Shown: piece after piece, positions 41,538-51,754 of the stretch | How positions within the stretch are numbered: the first letter of the stretch is position 1 | Layout: the number at the start of each line of letters is the position of its first letter | DNA from: a phage | Length of the DNA: 64,000 nt | Strand: one strand, 5' to 3' | Sequence record: PZ386976.1 | Notes under the pieces: generated by a model | What the model was told of the DNA's origin: nothing | The model's database searches: none | Seen by the model: the letters and a program-made list of their open reading frames with translations, nothing else | Translations under genes and position numbers: made by a program

Positions 41538-42050
41538 ATGAAGACTGTAGACGCTACTTTTGAAGTTGTAAAAGAAAAATTCACTATTATTTATGAAGCG
41601 GTAAATTGCTACGAAGCAAGCCATAATCTTGATAATTGGAAGTTTACAGATGACCATCAAGGCGGCGTGACTGTTAAAAATCCTAACTGTCAGCATAATG
41701 AATTTAAATATGCAATCCCTTTACATTACAGCCTTAAACAGCTTTCTAGTGACTATGCAAAACAAGGCCGGGAAAATCCATCAAAAGAGGCTTACGCAAG
41801 CTTACAGAAAGAACTAGAAAGAGATTTAGAGGCTTCAGAGTACAACCTTGCCGCGAAAGTTGTCGATGCAAACGGTAACACGGTTTTAGAAAGTTTTTAT
41901 CTTGGTTATGCTTTCGATTGGTGCTATCGTGACGGCGATGATTTAGAGGATAGACTAAAAGAAGAGGTGAACAATTCAGACGCAGAAACTGAAGTATTAG
42001 AACGTTTGGAATCGTTGAAAGACTCAGTGATGAATATCTTTAAGAACTAA
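41538..42050 (+). CDS. hypothetical protein (array ORF 4)
   Basis: 170 aa. Confidence 0.45.
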   Translation: MKTVDATFEVVKEKFTIIYEAVNCYEASHNLDNWKFTDDHQGGVTVKNPNCQHNEFKYAIPLHYSLKQLSSDYAKQGRENPSKEAYASLQKELERDLEASEYNLAAKVVDANGNTVLESFYLGYAFDWCYRDGDDLEDRLKEEVNNSDAETEVLERLESLKDSVMNIFKN

Positions 42051-42141
42051 ATAGATTTCTTTACACGGGGTTATCAAGCTGGTAGGATAGCCCCAGATAA
42101 AGAGATTTATCAAATAAAGCCCTTAAACTAGGAGATTCAAA

Positions 42142-42438
42142 ATGAAATTATCAAATAAAGTTCGTGAAAATCTAAGCAAGTTACTAAACAAAATTGATTT
42201 CATTGAAACATCAAGAAATAATCATGATGTTATGGAATGGTTGCACGGCAAAATAAAAGGCCGTCGTGTAGTGATTTGCTTATGGAATAGCTGCAGGGAG
42301 TATAAAAAACCTGTATTGCAAGTCAATATTTATGATGACACCTTTAAAAGTCCTGTAAAGTCTAAAAGCGATTTATTAGAATCCTATGAGATAACTGTAA
42401 ATGGTAAAGTGTCACGTAAAGAGGAAACACCATGCTGA
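42142..42438 (+). CDS. small hypothetical protein (array ORF 5)
   Basis: 98 aa. Confidence 0.4.
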   Translation: MKLSNKVRENLSKLLNKIDFIETSRNNHDVMEWLHGKIKGRRVVICLWNSCREYKKPVLQVNIYDDTFKSPVKSKSDLLESYEITVNGKVSRKEETPC

Positions 42439-42764
42439 TGACTGGTATCACTGCAATCATTGCCATTTTCGCGCTCTATAAGGCATATAAAGCCTATAAT
42501 CTAGCAAATAAGGCAATCACGCAGCAGGTTAGCAATAGCCTTGTAGAGAGCTTTCTAGAGCGCCTCAGTGATGAGCAAATAAAGCGGCTAGAGATGAGCT
42601 TCAGATATAAAGCGAAAACCTATCAGATAAGTGACATCTTCAAAGATGATTTTCAGTTAGTCGATGATTATAATTCACTGATAAATGCTTTAAATATCAG
42701 TGACTTAAAAGACTACTACGCTGTAATTGTTCAAGAATTGAGCAAACGAAAACAAAGTGTTTGA
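42432..42764 (+). CDS. small membrane protein (array ORF 6)
   Basis: 110 aa with N-terminal hydrophobic helix. Confidence 0.4.
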   Translation: MLMTGITAIIAIFALYKAYKAYNLANKAITQQVSNSLVESFLERLSDEQIKRLEMSFRYKAKTYQISDIFKDDFQLVDDYNSLINALNISDLKDYYAVIVQELSKRKQSV

Positions 42765-42854
42765 CACTGGTTTTTAGATAGATTAAATTACACATCAACG
42801 GGGAGGTAATAACCTTCCCCACTAAATAAAGTCCTTAAACTAGGAGAGTCTAAA

Positions 42855-43127
42855 ATGTATACTACTAACAATGGTCGTACTTTAAATGTAACTTTACGTC
42901 ACTATGTAGACGGTGTAATGCACTTTGAGGATTTACGGGCTGAACAACATATCTTAGATTGGCAAGTAGCAGGACTCCAAAAAACTGCTACGGGATATGG
43001 TAAAAAGATTCCAACCAGTTGGAAAGTACACTACGAAGGACGTTTGCGCAGAATTTATCAAGATGTATGTAGTAATAGCGCATCAAGTTACATCATAGTA
43101 AAAGGTAAAAAACTGCACTTAGTATAA
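42855..43127 (+). CDS. small hypothetical protein (array ORF 7)
   Basis: 90 aa. Confidence 0.4.
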   Translation: MYTTNNGRTLNVTLRHYVDGVMHFEDLRAEQHILDWQVAGLQKTATGYGKKIPTSWKVHYEGRLRRIYQDVCSNSASSYIIVKGKKLHLV

Positions 43128-43212
43128 AGTGCTTTACATGGGGCTTAAAAGTCTGTAAAGTAAGCCCCAGATAAAGAGCTTTACCACTAAATCCTAAATT
43201 GGAGATTCTAAA

Positions 43213-43617
43213 ATGGCTATTAACAACCGTGAATTATCAATCTTAAAAGCACGTTTGACCGTTAACCGGATTAATGTTATTACGTCATCAGCACCGGACG
43301 AAACATTACACAACATTATCGGGAAGATTCAAAGCGTTATCTTAGACGTTGAAAATGTAAAAAGCTCATTGGCTGACGTTGCAGCAGGTATCACGCTAGA
43401 CGGCGCACAATATGAAATGGCTGACATGTTAGGCAAATCAAAGATAATGAATAAAGAGCTTGATTTAAAAATGTTTCGATTTGCCGTGAAAGTGTGGCTA
43501 TCCGTCGAGTATGACGCCAATTTTGCAATCGCTGATTTCTTTGCCACTTGGTTACAACGTAATTTGACAAATCACGATTTTCGTGATGTCTGTGATGCAA
43601 TTTATGCAGAACTCTAA
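43213..43617 (+). CDS. hypothetical protein (array ORF 8)
   Basis: 134 aa. Confidence 0.45.
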   Translation: MAINNRELSILKARLTVNRINVITSSAPDETLHNIIGKIQSVILDVENVKSSLADVAAGITLDGAQYEMADMLGKSKIMNKELDLKMFRFAVKVWLSVEYDANFAIADFFATWLQRNLTNHDFRDVCDAIYAEL

Positions 43618-43719
43618 AAATTTTATTGACACTGGTTTTTAGATAGATTAAATTACACATCAACGGGGAGGGAATGACCTTCCCACTAAATAAAGTCCTT
43701 AAACTAGGAGATTCTAAAA

Positions 43720-43923
43720 ATGGCTATTATTAATGGCTTAACCATTGAAACTACACACATCAAAGATATTAAAGTTGGTGATATAGTCCTTTCCCACGGC
43801 GTAGAAAAAACTGTCACTGCAAAGGATATCAAAGAGGATTCTTTCATGGGTAGGACTCTCTTCGGTGATTCTTATTGCTTAGGTTATCTTGCAGTTTTAA
43901 AAGTTGTCAAAAATAACAAATAA
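43720..43923 (+). CDS. small hypothetical protein (array ORF 9)
   Basis: 67 aa; C-terminal NNK in repeat cassette. Confidence 0.4.
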   Translation: MAIINGLTIETTHIKDIKVGDIVLSHGVEKTVTAKDIKEDSFMGRTLFGDSYCLGYLAVLKVVKNNK

Positions 43924-44009
43924 AGTACTTTACAAGGGGCTTATAGTTCGATAAAGTAAGCCCCAGATAAAGAGCTTTACCACTAAATCCTTAAACTAGG
44001 AGATTCAAA

Positions 44010-44576
44010 ATGAAATGCTATCACGGCACTACTCTGAAAAACTTTGTAAACCTGCTTAAAGGTGGCGACAAGCCGGAAGGTATCTGGAACTGCTCTTACA
44101 TGGATGATTGTTTTTACGTTTACCCGATGGATAAGATTATCAAGACGGAATGCCTGGAAGATGAAGAAGCCTCTTACATCCGTGAACGCTGCATTCAAAA
44201 CGCTTTAGAGTCGGGGCTTATTACGGCAGCTTTCCAAATGGAAACGCAGGAAGTGATTGTAATTGAGATGGATATCCCAGAGGAAGAACTTGAGGACGAT
44301 TATTCTTGTGACAACATGAGCGAAATCGCCAGCTTTACCGGTTACTTTGATAAAGATTGGATTATTGGTATTCACTCAACGAAATTTAGTGCAATGTATG
44401 CGCCATTCTTTGTACCTGATACAACTAACCGAAATTTGGGATATATTGACGATGATTTGTTGAGTATTGCAAAAATTGTACAGAATAGCGGGGATACTTC
44501 TTCTTTGTTTTGTGACCTGCTGGATAAAATTACCGAGAATCTCACAGAGCGCAATCTAAGCGACTTTTTAGACTAA
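44010..44576 (+). CDS. hypothetical acidic protein (array ORF 10)
   Basis: 188 aa. Confidence 0.45.
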   Translation: MKCYHGTTLKNFVNLLKGGDKPEGIWNCSYMDDCFYVYPMDKIIKTECLEDEEASYIRERCIQNALESGLITAAFQMETQEVIVIEMDIPEEELEDDYSCDNMSEIASFTGYFDKDWIIGIHSTKFSAMYAPFFVPDTTNRNLGYIDDDLLSIAKIVQNSGDTSSLFCDLLDKITENLTERNLSDFLD

Positions 44577-44639
44577 GCAGTACAAAGACACTAATTTCCA
44601 ACTTAAGGCCCATACAGGGCCATTTAAAGGGCTTAAATC

Positions 44640-44873
44640 ATGCTTACAACCGTTTACCTTATCCTTTCTGTTTGTAATGGCCATTCATGTGACTTTAAAG
44701 GGCTTGAGGAGTTCACAGGAAGTAAAGAAAATACTATTCAAGTTTGCCAGATAGCAAGACAAGACTACCCCGCCAGTGACGACATTCAATGCTACTTTAA
44801 GACAGAAGATGAAGACGGAATCTATTTTGACAGCGTTGACGGTCAATATGAAATTATCATAGAAAAAGATTAG
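44640..44873 (+). CDS. small hypothetical protein (array ORF 11)
   Basis: 77 aa. Confidence 0.4.
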   Translation: MLTTVYLILSVCNGHSCDFKGLEEFTGSKENTIQVCQIARQDYPASDDIQCYFKTEDEDGIYFDSVDGQYEIIIEKD

Positions 44874-44909
44874 ACAAGCCTGATAAAAGTCTGTAAATTG
44901 TCAATCAAC

Positions 44910-44923
44910 GGGGGGGGGGGGGG
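44910..44923 (+). repeat. G14 homopolymer tract inside a cassette hairpin
   Basis: 14 consecutive G where other cassette copies have ggggagg(g). Confidence 0.6.
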
Positions 44924-44970
44924 TAACAACCTCCCACTACATAAAACCCTTAAACTAGGAGATTCAAAAA

Positions 44971-45312
44971 ATGGCTTATGTAACTGTAATTACCAATAAA
45001 CCGGATTCATCTTGGTCAACTCAAGTAAGCGACAAGATGTCACCTATGCAGTGCCTAAAATACTTTGAGCAATGGAATAAAGGCGAGGATGTAAGCCCCT
45101 TTCAAATAATGCAGATTATTCATGTAGACAATGAAGGGAAGAAAACGACTTTGAACAGTGAGTACTATGCAAGCCGCTTCGAAACGAGAAGTAAAGCAAT
45201 GAAGCTTCTACGTGAATCCGGTTATGCTCATATTGCCGCACTAATCTGGGATGACCTGCTAAAAAGTCAACGTATCAGCTATGTAAAGCCTGAAAAAATA
45301 TTCATCAGTTAA
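44971..45312 (+). CDS. small hypothetical protein (array ORF 12)
   Basis: 113 aa. Confidence 0.4.
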   Translation: MAYVTVITNKPDSSWSTQVSDKMSPMQCLKYFEQWNKGEDVSPFQIMQIIHVDNEGKKTTLNSEYYASRFETRSKAMKLLRESGYAHIAALIWDDLLKSQRISYVKPEKIFIS

Positions 45313-45531
45313 TCAATAACTTACAAAAAACTTTTAAAAAAGTGTTGACAATACCCCTTGACATTGGTAACTTTGTTCGAGGGGGTTTATCTAAAAGGGA
45401 TTCACTTAAAAGATTCTTTATAGATAAGCTTAAAAAATTGCTTGCAATCAGCTATCAAAACAAGTAAATTACTAATCAACGGGAGGGATGACCTCCCCAC
45501 TAAATAAAATCCTTAAACTAGGAGAGCCAAA

Positions 45532-46062
45532 ATGAACAAGTTTAAAGCTATCAACTTCATTCGTTCAAATGCTGTAATGTCAAAACCTGTAAAAGACACA
45601 TACGAATTTCGCTGCAATGGGGTACACTTTGCAACCATCACTAAGTCAGAAAACGGGGTTTATTACATTCATCGCCGTAATGTTTCTACTGTTGTAGTCT
45701 CTCACTTTATGCAAGCTGTAGCGGAATTATTACCATTATTCTTAGAGATTTATCTAGATGAGTGTAAAAACATTCGTAACCACGTTAAAAACCTTTTAAA
45801 CGGTTATAAAATGGCTTATGAACGTTCTATCAAGTCCTTAAACAAGTTCTATAAAGCCCCTATGAATACCGTTTCAATGGCTTACAGTGTAAGCGGTGAG
45901 TTGGTTAGCCTCTTCGAAGTGGAAGAAATCGAACTGCATGACTTGCGCCCTAGTGGTTACTCTAAGACACTGGGAGAAGGCTTATCTTTCAATATCAAGA
46001 ACTTAGAAAAAACTTTAAAAGATATTGAAAAAGATATTGACGAAACAATCAAAAATCTGTAA
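45532..46062 (+). CDS. hypothetical protein (array ORF 13)
   Basis: 176 aa. Confidence 0.45.
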   Translation: MNKFKAINFIRSNAVMSKPVKDTYEFRCNGVHFATITKSENGVYYIHRRNVSTVVVSHFMQAVAELLPLFLEIYLDECKNIRNHVKNLLNGYKMAYERSIKSLNKFYKAPMNTVSMAYSVSGELVSLFEVEEIELHDLRPSGYSKTLGEGLSFNIKNLEKTLKDIEKDIDETIKNL

Positions 46063-46141
46063 ATTGTCAATCAACGGGGAGGGAATGACCTTCCCCACTA
46101 AATAAAACCCTTAATCAACTTCCTAAACTGGAGATTCTAAA

Positions 46142-46390
46142 ATGGCTACTATCCGCGCAACCGTTAACGAATTTGGCTTCTACTCTCTGGACGTTAAATT
46201 TGACCTTGTAGGTACTGATAACGCCTTTGAAATGGTGAAAGGCCTTATCAGTCAGACCATCAGTGACTACAACCCCTCTGATGAATTCTGGAAAGAAACA
46301 AAACAGGAAGCTCTCAAAGAGGGTTATTCATACCACTACTGGGGTGAAAAAATTGTCTCCCTATACTACGACAAAGATGGCGCTAACTAA
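46142..46390 (+). CDS. small hypothetical protein (array ORF 14)
   Basis: 82 aa. Confidence 0.4.
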   Translation: MATIRATVNEFGFYSLDVKFDLVGTDNAFEMVKGLISQTISDYNPSDEFWKETKQEALKEGYSYHYWGEKIVSLYYDKDGAN

Positions 46391-48153
46391 TCGACGCAAC
46401 GGGGCTATTTAGCCCCAGATACCTTTACAGCCCCTTAAATGGGGCTTTTTTACGTCTATCAAATTCCTTTCCAGAATCTTAAAACCCACCTAACAAGTCA
46501 GAACTTTACCAATGATTCGATAGAATCTATCTCATACCTTAAAAAGCAATAACTCTATAGTCTACTCTATAGCCTTTTATCAAATCAACTTAAATATAAG
46601 CCCATAACCCGAAAGGGAAGGGCAACCACTAAAACGCTCTATAAAGCTCTATAACAGCCTTATCAACCTAACTTAATGGATTGCATTAACCCACCTTAAA
46701 AAGCTCTTTACAGGGCTTTATAGAGACTTAAAAGAATCTTATAAGGTTATAAGCTTTATTATCTCGTTAGCTATCTTGTGAACTACTAAAAAGGGCTATG
46801 AGATAGGACTCTATGAGGGGTAATTCATTACCTGAATCACTATCAAATCCTATTGTTATTGTCTTAAAAGTATGTTATATGGGTTTGAAAGTAGCTTAAA
46901 AGTTACGTAAATGCTAGCCCCCTTAACATTTTCTTAACAATTTCTTAACAAACCCTACATAGCTATGCTTGTTAGCCCCTTGTTAAATTTCTGTTAAGAC
47001 CACGTAAAAGCCTTGTAAGAGTCTTTGGCATAGCCTTAAAAGCCCCTGTAAAGCCCTATAAAGAGCTATCCATACAGTTGAGGGGTAAATACTAGGAAGA
47101 GGCTTAAAAGAGCCTATAAAGAGTTATAGAGAGCTTTTAAAAGGTATGTTTAAGGAATCACTAAGAAAGGAAAGGGAACGATAAGAGAAGAGAGTTGTGT
47201 TTGTAAACAACCACTGTGACCATGTTAATAGCTTGTTAAAAAGATTAAACACTTGTTAGAAACTTGTTAATTGTCTAACTGGTATTGTTACCAATCCCTA
47301 CAAAATAACTCTTAAAAATTAACTTGTTAGCTCTTGTTAGTCATCTGTTAAGATTCTGTAAAGACTATTCAGCAACTGTTAAGAAACTGTTACAACCTTG
47401 TTAGTTCTGTTAAGAAACTGTTAAGACCTTTGAAGAGTTGTTAAGAAGATGTGAGAATTGTTAAGAGATTGTTAAGGATATTTTAAAATTCTGCAAAGGG
47501 GATGTTACAGGGATGTTAAGGGCTACCAAGCAGATATACATCTTCTACAGATATTTTTGAGTTCCTTCAAAGACCCTAAAAAAAATGACTTGACAGTCCT
47601 ATTTTATAAAAATTTTAAGATTCTGAATAATTACCTATACAGCCTTTTAAAAATACAGGTAATAACAGGCTTATAAGATACCTTGTTAGTACCGTGTTAG
47701 ACCTTGTGAGATAAGGTCTGTAAAGATATTCCTGTTAAGTTTGTTAAAACAGTTTATATAGAGGCTTAGTAATACCTAGTGAACACCTATAGAGAGTGTC
47801 ATAGCTGACATGATGGGTTACTGTTAAGTAACACAGATAACCTAGAGATTAAGAGGTGTATAGGGGCTTCTAAGAGTGTGTAGAGAGATGGTTAAGGTGA
47901 TTGTATAGGTTGTTAAGAAGGCTTGTTAGAAGAGTGTTTAGAAGGGCTATACAGGGGGGCTATTAAGACCACTAGATAGTTACTAAGATACTATATAGTA
48001 CTATATAACTATATATATAGAGAGTAAGCTTAAGAAGGTTATTAAGAAGGATAGATATTTTATTCACATATGATGGTGACCCAGAGGTTGGGACAACCGA
48101 TGAAATTTTATAAAAATTAAAAAGCCCCCAATTAAGGAGGCTCTTAAGATATT
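46391..48153. repeat. ~1.7 kb ORF-free repeat region with dense (C/T)TGTTA(A/G) and CTATAAAGAG motifs
   Basis: no ORF of 60 aa or more on either strand; more than 25 copies of tgttaag/tgttaga/tgttagc, densest 47200-47530, plus ctataaagag-type repeats 46600-47150. Confidence 0.6.
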
Positions 48154-48747
48154 TTAAATCAGTGTTTCCAGAACTGTCTTCAGTGATGAATTGGTTGTCT
48201 GATAAAAATGAGTAAATCCATTGTTGTTATCAAATACCTGCATCATGATATCATCTCCCTTGATTGGGTACACTCGGATATCATAGTGAAACCCATTAAA
48301 GACAGCAGAACCATTACAGAATGCACTAAAGTCATCCACTGAGATATACTCTTCATGTCCTGTGATTTTTATACAAACACCTTTACTCGGTCTCTTAGGG
48401 TTGATATCTTCCATCACAGACATGTTCTGACCACCAAGAGACACCATAGTGACCACTTTACGGTTCTTCTGTCTAAAGTACATTTTAACTTTCTGCAAAG
48501 TATCTTCATAGAACGGATAAGACTTCTCTACAAAGATTCCTTCTAATGGCTCTTTACCGTTTACAATACCTCTGGTATGACGTACTGAGAAGATAAGTTG
48601 CTCTAGTATGTCAAGGCTTTCTTCGGAGAGTGCTTCCCGAATATCATTCCAGTCAAGGACTAGGTAGTTGCCTTCAACTTCTTTTAAGTTATCTTTTTTC
48701 ATATCTATCACACCATTATCGTAAAACTTGGTAATCTGGGACTGCAA
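48154..48747 (-). CDS. hypothetical protein
   Basis: 197 aa ORF, last gene of leftward block. Confidence 0.45.
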   Translation of the reverse strand: MQSQITKFYDNGVIDMKKDNLKEVEGNYLVLDWNDIREALSEESLDILEQLIFSVRHTRGIVNGKEPLEGIFVEKSYPFYEDTLQKVKMYFRQKNRKVVTMVSLGGQNMSVMEDINPKRPSKGVCIKITGHEEYISVDDFSAFCNGSAVFNGFHYDIRVYPIKGDDIMMQVFDNNNGFTHFYQTTNSSLKTVLETLI

Positions 48748-49180
48748 ACTTGTTGTCTTTGTTTTTAATGAGGTCTTCTTTTGTTACAAAGAATGTAAGC
48801 CCACATAAGTGTGTATAGTGGCTATCATACTCAAATACTTTAAGTAAGTATTCTCCATCATCATAAACATGCTCTACTACACCTTTTGCAACAACCTTTC
48901 CAGTCTTGAAATCTTTAAGAGGGTATACATTACCAACTTTAGGGACTGTTTTCATCTCAGGTTCTTTTAGCTTCTCACCAGCATCTACATCACCTAGTAA
49001 GTGAGAACTTTCAAAAGCTACATATTGCATATAAGCCTCTGAGCATTCCCAGATAAAACAATGTACAAGAACCTTAGCTGCATGTCTTGAACAATTCAAC
49101 TTATCACAAATCTCTTTGTACATTTCATCTTTAGTTGAGTTATCAAGCATTGCTTTTTGAACGACCTCTTTAATTTTCAT
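48716..49180 (-). CDS. hypothetical protein
   Basis: 154 aa ORF. Confidence 0.45.
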   Translation of the reverse strand: MKIKEVVQKAMLDNSTKDEMYKEICDKLNCSRHAAKVLVHCFIWECSEAYMQYVAFESSHLLGDVDAGEKLKEPEMKTVPKVGNVYPLKDFKTGKVVAKGVVEHVYDDGEYLLKVFEYDSHYTHLCGLTFFVTKEDLIKNKDNKFAVPDYQVLR

Positions 49181-49212
49181 AAACTCTCCCTACCTATATG
49201 CTCTTTCGTTTC

Positions 49213-49485
49213 TTAAACCCTATCAATTTGAAATTCTTCAGGTAACTCAGCAACCACTTTTAAATAGTAAGCATCAGAGATTGTATGCTCTGTCTCATAG
49301 CTACCATTCTTAATCCAGTTATAATTTTCTGGTACTCCATCATCATTACAGAAACCTGAGTACATAATTGCTCTGTGGATTATATTTTTATTAGAATATG
49401 CCACATCTACAATATAGTATGTTTTTTCTTTCCAACCACCTTCGGGTTTACAAATACCTGAGATACCTTCTAATTCTGGTGTCAT
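49213..49485 (-). CDS. hypothetical protein
   Basis: 90 aa ORF. Confidence 0.4.
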   Translation of the reverse strand: MTPELEGISGICKPEGGWKEKTYYIVDVAYSNKNIIHRAIMYSGFCNDDGVPENYNWIKNGSYETEHTISDAYYLKVVAELPEEFQIDRV

Positions 49486-49538
49486 TTCGCTACCTTCTAA
49501 GTTCCTATAAAGGGGCTATCAAGTAACCCCTCAAGTTA

Positions 49539-49763
49539 TTACTCAGACTTTTCAGTCTTCTTGTCGGACTTCTTACTAGTCTTCTTCTCAGCTTTCTGCT
49601 CAGGTTCCTTCTCAGAAGTTTCCTTGATAATCATATCAAGAAGCTCTGATAAGTCACTCTTCAGCAAAGTAACAGGCTGCTCATTGTAGAAGTTTTTGTC
49701 AAGATAAACTTTGAACTCTTCAATAGAAGGAAATCCAAAAATTGGTACAGGTGTCTTAATCAT
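49539..49763 (-). CDS. hypothetical protein
   Basis: 74 aa, Lys/Glu-rich C-terminus. Confidence 0.35.
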   Translation of the reverse strand: MIKTPVPIFGFPSIEEFKVYLDKNFYNEQPVTLLKSDLSELLDMIIKETSEKEPEQKAEKKTSKKSDKKTEKSE

Positions 49764-49839
49764 TACTTAGTTTCTCCATAAGCATCTTTTAAGATTGCCT
49801 TGTTAATCATTTCAGCGATTGCAAAACGAACACATACAG

Positions 49840-50373
49840 CTATAATTGTAGGTTGCATTCTTTACTTACCTCTTCAAGTTTAACCTCAGAGTCCTTGAGT
49901 CGTTTCTTATGAACTCTGAATCTCATTAGTGAGATGATGATACCAGCTAAAGGAACAGCATACAAGTACCAAACATCATACACCTTTGCAGTAATCTGTG
50001 TAATGGTCAAATCTTGAGCTATGTAACTAATTGCTGATACAGCTAGTAATGTTGCTAAGAAGAAAACCAGTATCATAGCAATACTCAGACAACCTCTGGC
50101 ATGGTATTCATGCTTAATGCACTTATTCTTTTCGTCAACAACCCTGTTGTAGTCATTTGTAAAGTCTCTGTAGAAAGCTTTCAAGTATTCTTGACTGTAG
50201 CCTTCAAAGCAACCTGTACCGTACCAATAATCACCACCAAAATGAGCTATAATACCGGTATCTCCATTTGGTTTGGTTACTCTCAAAGAAGTGTGATGAC
50301 GAGTATCCTGATAATCTATCTTGTATCTTTCTTCGTAAATCATTTTCCAACCTCTCTCAATCGTTTGTTCCAC
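49840..50373 (-). CDS. membrane protein
   Basis: 177 aa with two predicted transmembrane helices in C-terminal half. Confidence 0.45.
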   Translation of the reverse strand: MEQTIERGWKMIYEERYKIDYQDTRHHTSLRVTKPNGDTGIIAHFGGDYWYGTGCFEGYSQEYLKAFYRDFTNDYNRVVDEKNKCIKHEYHARGCLSIAMILVFFLATLLAVSAISYIAQDLTITQITAKVYDVWYLYAVPLAGIIISLMRFRVHKKRLKDSEVKLEEVSKECNLQL

Positions 50374-50558
50374 TCAAGGTCAACAAGTCTTTGCAGGACT
50401 TTCCCTCTAGGTGTTACACCTTTTAAATCTGCATCGTAGCAACGGTAAAAGTCACCTTCAGCATGTTTACCGTGGCATTTTCTGATATTCTGACTTCTAC
50501 GATATTGTTCTAATAGAGATAGCTTGTAGTAATCTTCAACTGTAGTTAGTTTTTTCAT
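50340..50558 (-). CDS. hypothetical protein
   Basis: 72 aa ORF. Confidence 0.35.
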   Translation of the reverse strand: MKKLTTVEDYYKLSLLEQYRRSQNIRKCHGKHAEGDFYRCYDADLKGVTPRGKVLQRLVDLEWNKRLREVGK

Positions 50559-51100
50559 TCTTTCACCATAGCATTTCTGAACTGACGTTGAGTTTCTCTT
50601 GTAATTTCGTTTGGAGTAAATCCTGCTTTCAGCATATCTCTGAAAAGAACTTCTAAGTGGTTCCTTTCAATGATGTAAACAGCATTCTGAACAGATGTTT
50701 TAAGTTCCTTCAGGTCACTACTAATCTCTTCGCACTTACTTGTAAGTTCTGTGTCAGCCTTCTTAAATACTGGCATGAGATGTGTATGTCCACCTTTAGC
50801 AGCATCCATGAAAAATTTAAAAGATTCTTCAGAGTCCTTTAAAGCAATCCCGATAAAGTTCTTGTAAGCACCTGTGAAAGCTAAAGACTCAATCTCAGCA
50901 GTTGAGTATACAGTCCCTGCGCACAGTCTTGCAGAGGTACTAAATGTGTGGTTTGGTGTTATGTCAAAGTCTAAGTTCTTCAGTGGTCGAAAATAAACTG
51001 TGCCAGTATGTGAGACATGTGTTACAACAGCCTCCACACTCTTTGAAGGGTTCTGTTTCACATACAAAATAATTTTATCGTGTTCTTTTACTTTAGGCAT
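50555..51100 (-). CDS. hypothetical protein
   Basis: 181 aa ORF. Confidence 0.45.
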   Translation of the reverse strand: MPKVKEHDKIILYVKQNPSKSVEAVVTHVSHTGTVYFRPLKNLDFDITPNHTFSTSARLCAGTVYSTAEIESLAFTGAYKNFIGIALKDSEESFKFFMDAAKGGHTHLMPVFKKADTELTSKCEEISSDLKELKTSVQNAVYIIERNHLEVLFRDMLKAGFTPNEITRETQRQFRNAMVKE

Positions 51101-51172
51101 ATCTATTCTCCAGAAACTAAAAAGGGAACTACCTGTCGATAGCTCCCATCATAGTTAACATTGTATATTTGG

Positions 51173-51754
51173 TCAAGAGTATTTTTTAGGCAGTAATGCG
51201 CTACGTTTGTTACTCTCTTCACTCAACAGTGCGATGAAGTCGTCACCTTTGCCTTTCCACGGGCTGAATGAAGGTATATGTTCACGAATAGCTTCAATCA
51301 CTGTCTTCAGTGCTGTATTCTTCATCCACCAGTCAGAATCTGCTGATGCCACCACATAGTACCCACCATCATCGGTCAGAATTGGCTCTGGGATACATGG
51401 TGAAATCATAGTGGTTATAATTGAACCATTGTTCATGTAGTATGTGCGCTTAATAACCTTTTCAAGAAGCTTGTGTAGGTCACCAAATAGTGTTACAAGT
51501 TCTTTATGGTCAATATCTTTTTCGAGACTAGCCCGATACTTCAAAAGTGCAGCATCAACTTCTCTGTCATTAAACTTGAAGTACTGGACTTCATCAACAA
51601 GGCAGACACTGATGTTGTTGACATTCATAGTCAACTTGCAAACTTTTGCAGGGGAGTTGATGCTTGGTTGAAAAAGTGCAACACACCCTTCAATGTTCCC
51701 AAAATGTTGGACTAGTGTTACTTGTGGGATAATATCCTGTTGCTCTTCGGACAT
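51173..51754 (-). CDS. hypothetical protein
   Basis: 193 aa ORF. Confidence 0.45.
   Translation of the reverse strand: MSEEQQDIIPQVTLVQHFGNIEGCVALFQPSINSPAKVCKLTMNVNNISVCLVDEVQYFKFNDREVDAALLKYRASLEKDIDHKELVTLFGDLHKLLEKVIKRTYYMNNGSIITTMISPCIPEPILTDDGGYYVVASADSDWWMKNTALKTVIEAIREHIPSFSPWKGKGDDFIALLSEESNKRSALLPKKYS

Larger units (their letters stand above)
40603..46141 (+). repeat. dispersed ~85-95 bp regulatory cassettes (promoter + stem-loop + RBS), at least 12 copies of two types, one before each small ORF
   Basis: type A: TTTACA, 17 nt, TAnnnT overlapping ggggctta/taagcccc hairpin, then agataaagagctttacc...ctaaactaggagattctaaaATG (e.g. 40608-40693); type B: TTGACA, 17 nt, TAAATT then gggga(g)g...ccttcccc hairpin and same RBS (e.g. 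42761-42857, 43626-43722). Confidence 0.6.

Noticed and set aside
40603-46141. Possible CRISPR array, given the regularly repeated ~90 bp elements
   Set aside because: Repeat units are too long, of two sequence types, and contain promoter hexamers and a ribosome-binding site. The intervening segments are 200-570 bp protein-coding ORFs, not 30-40 bp spacers, and no cas genes are present.
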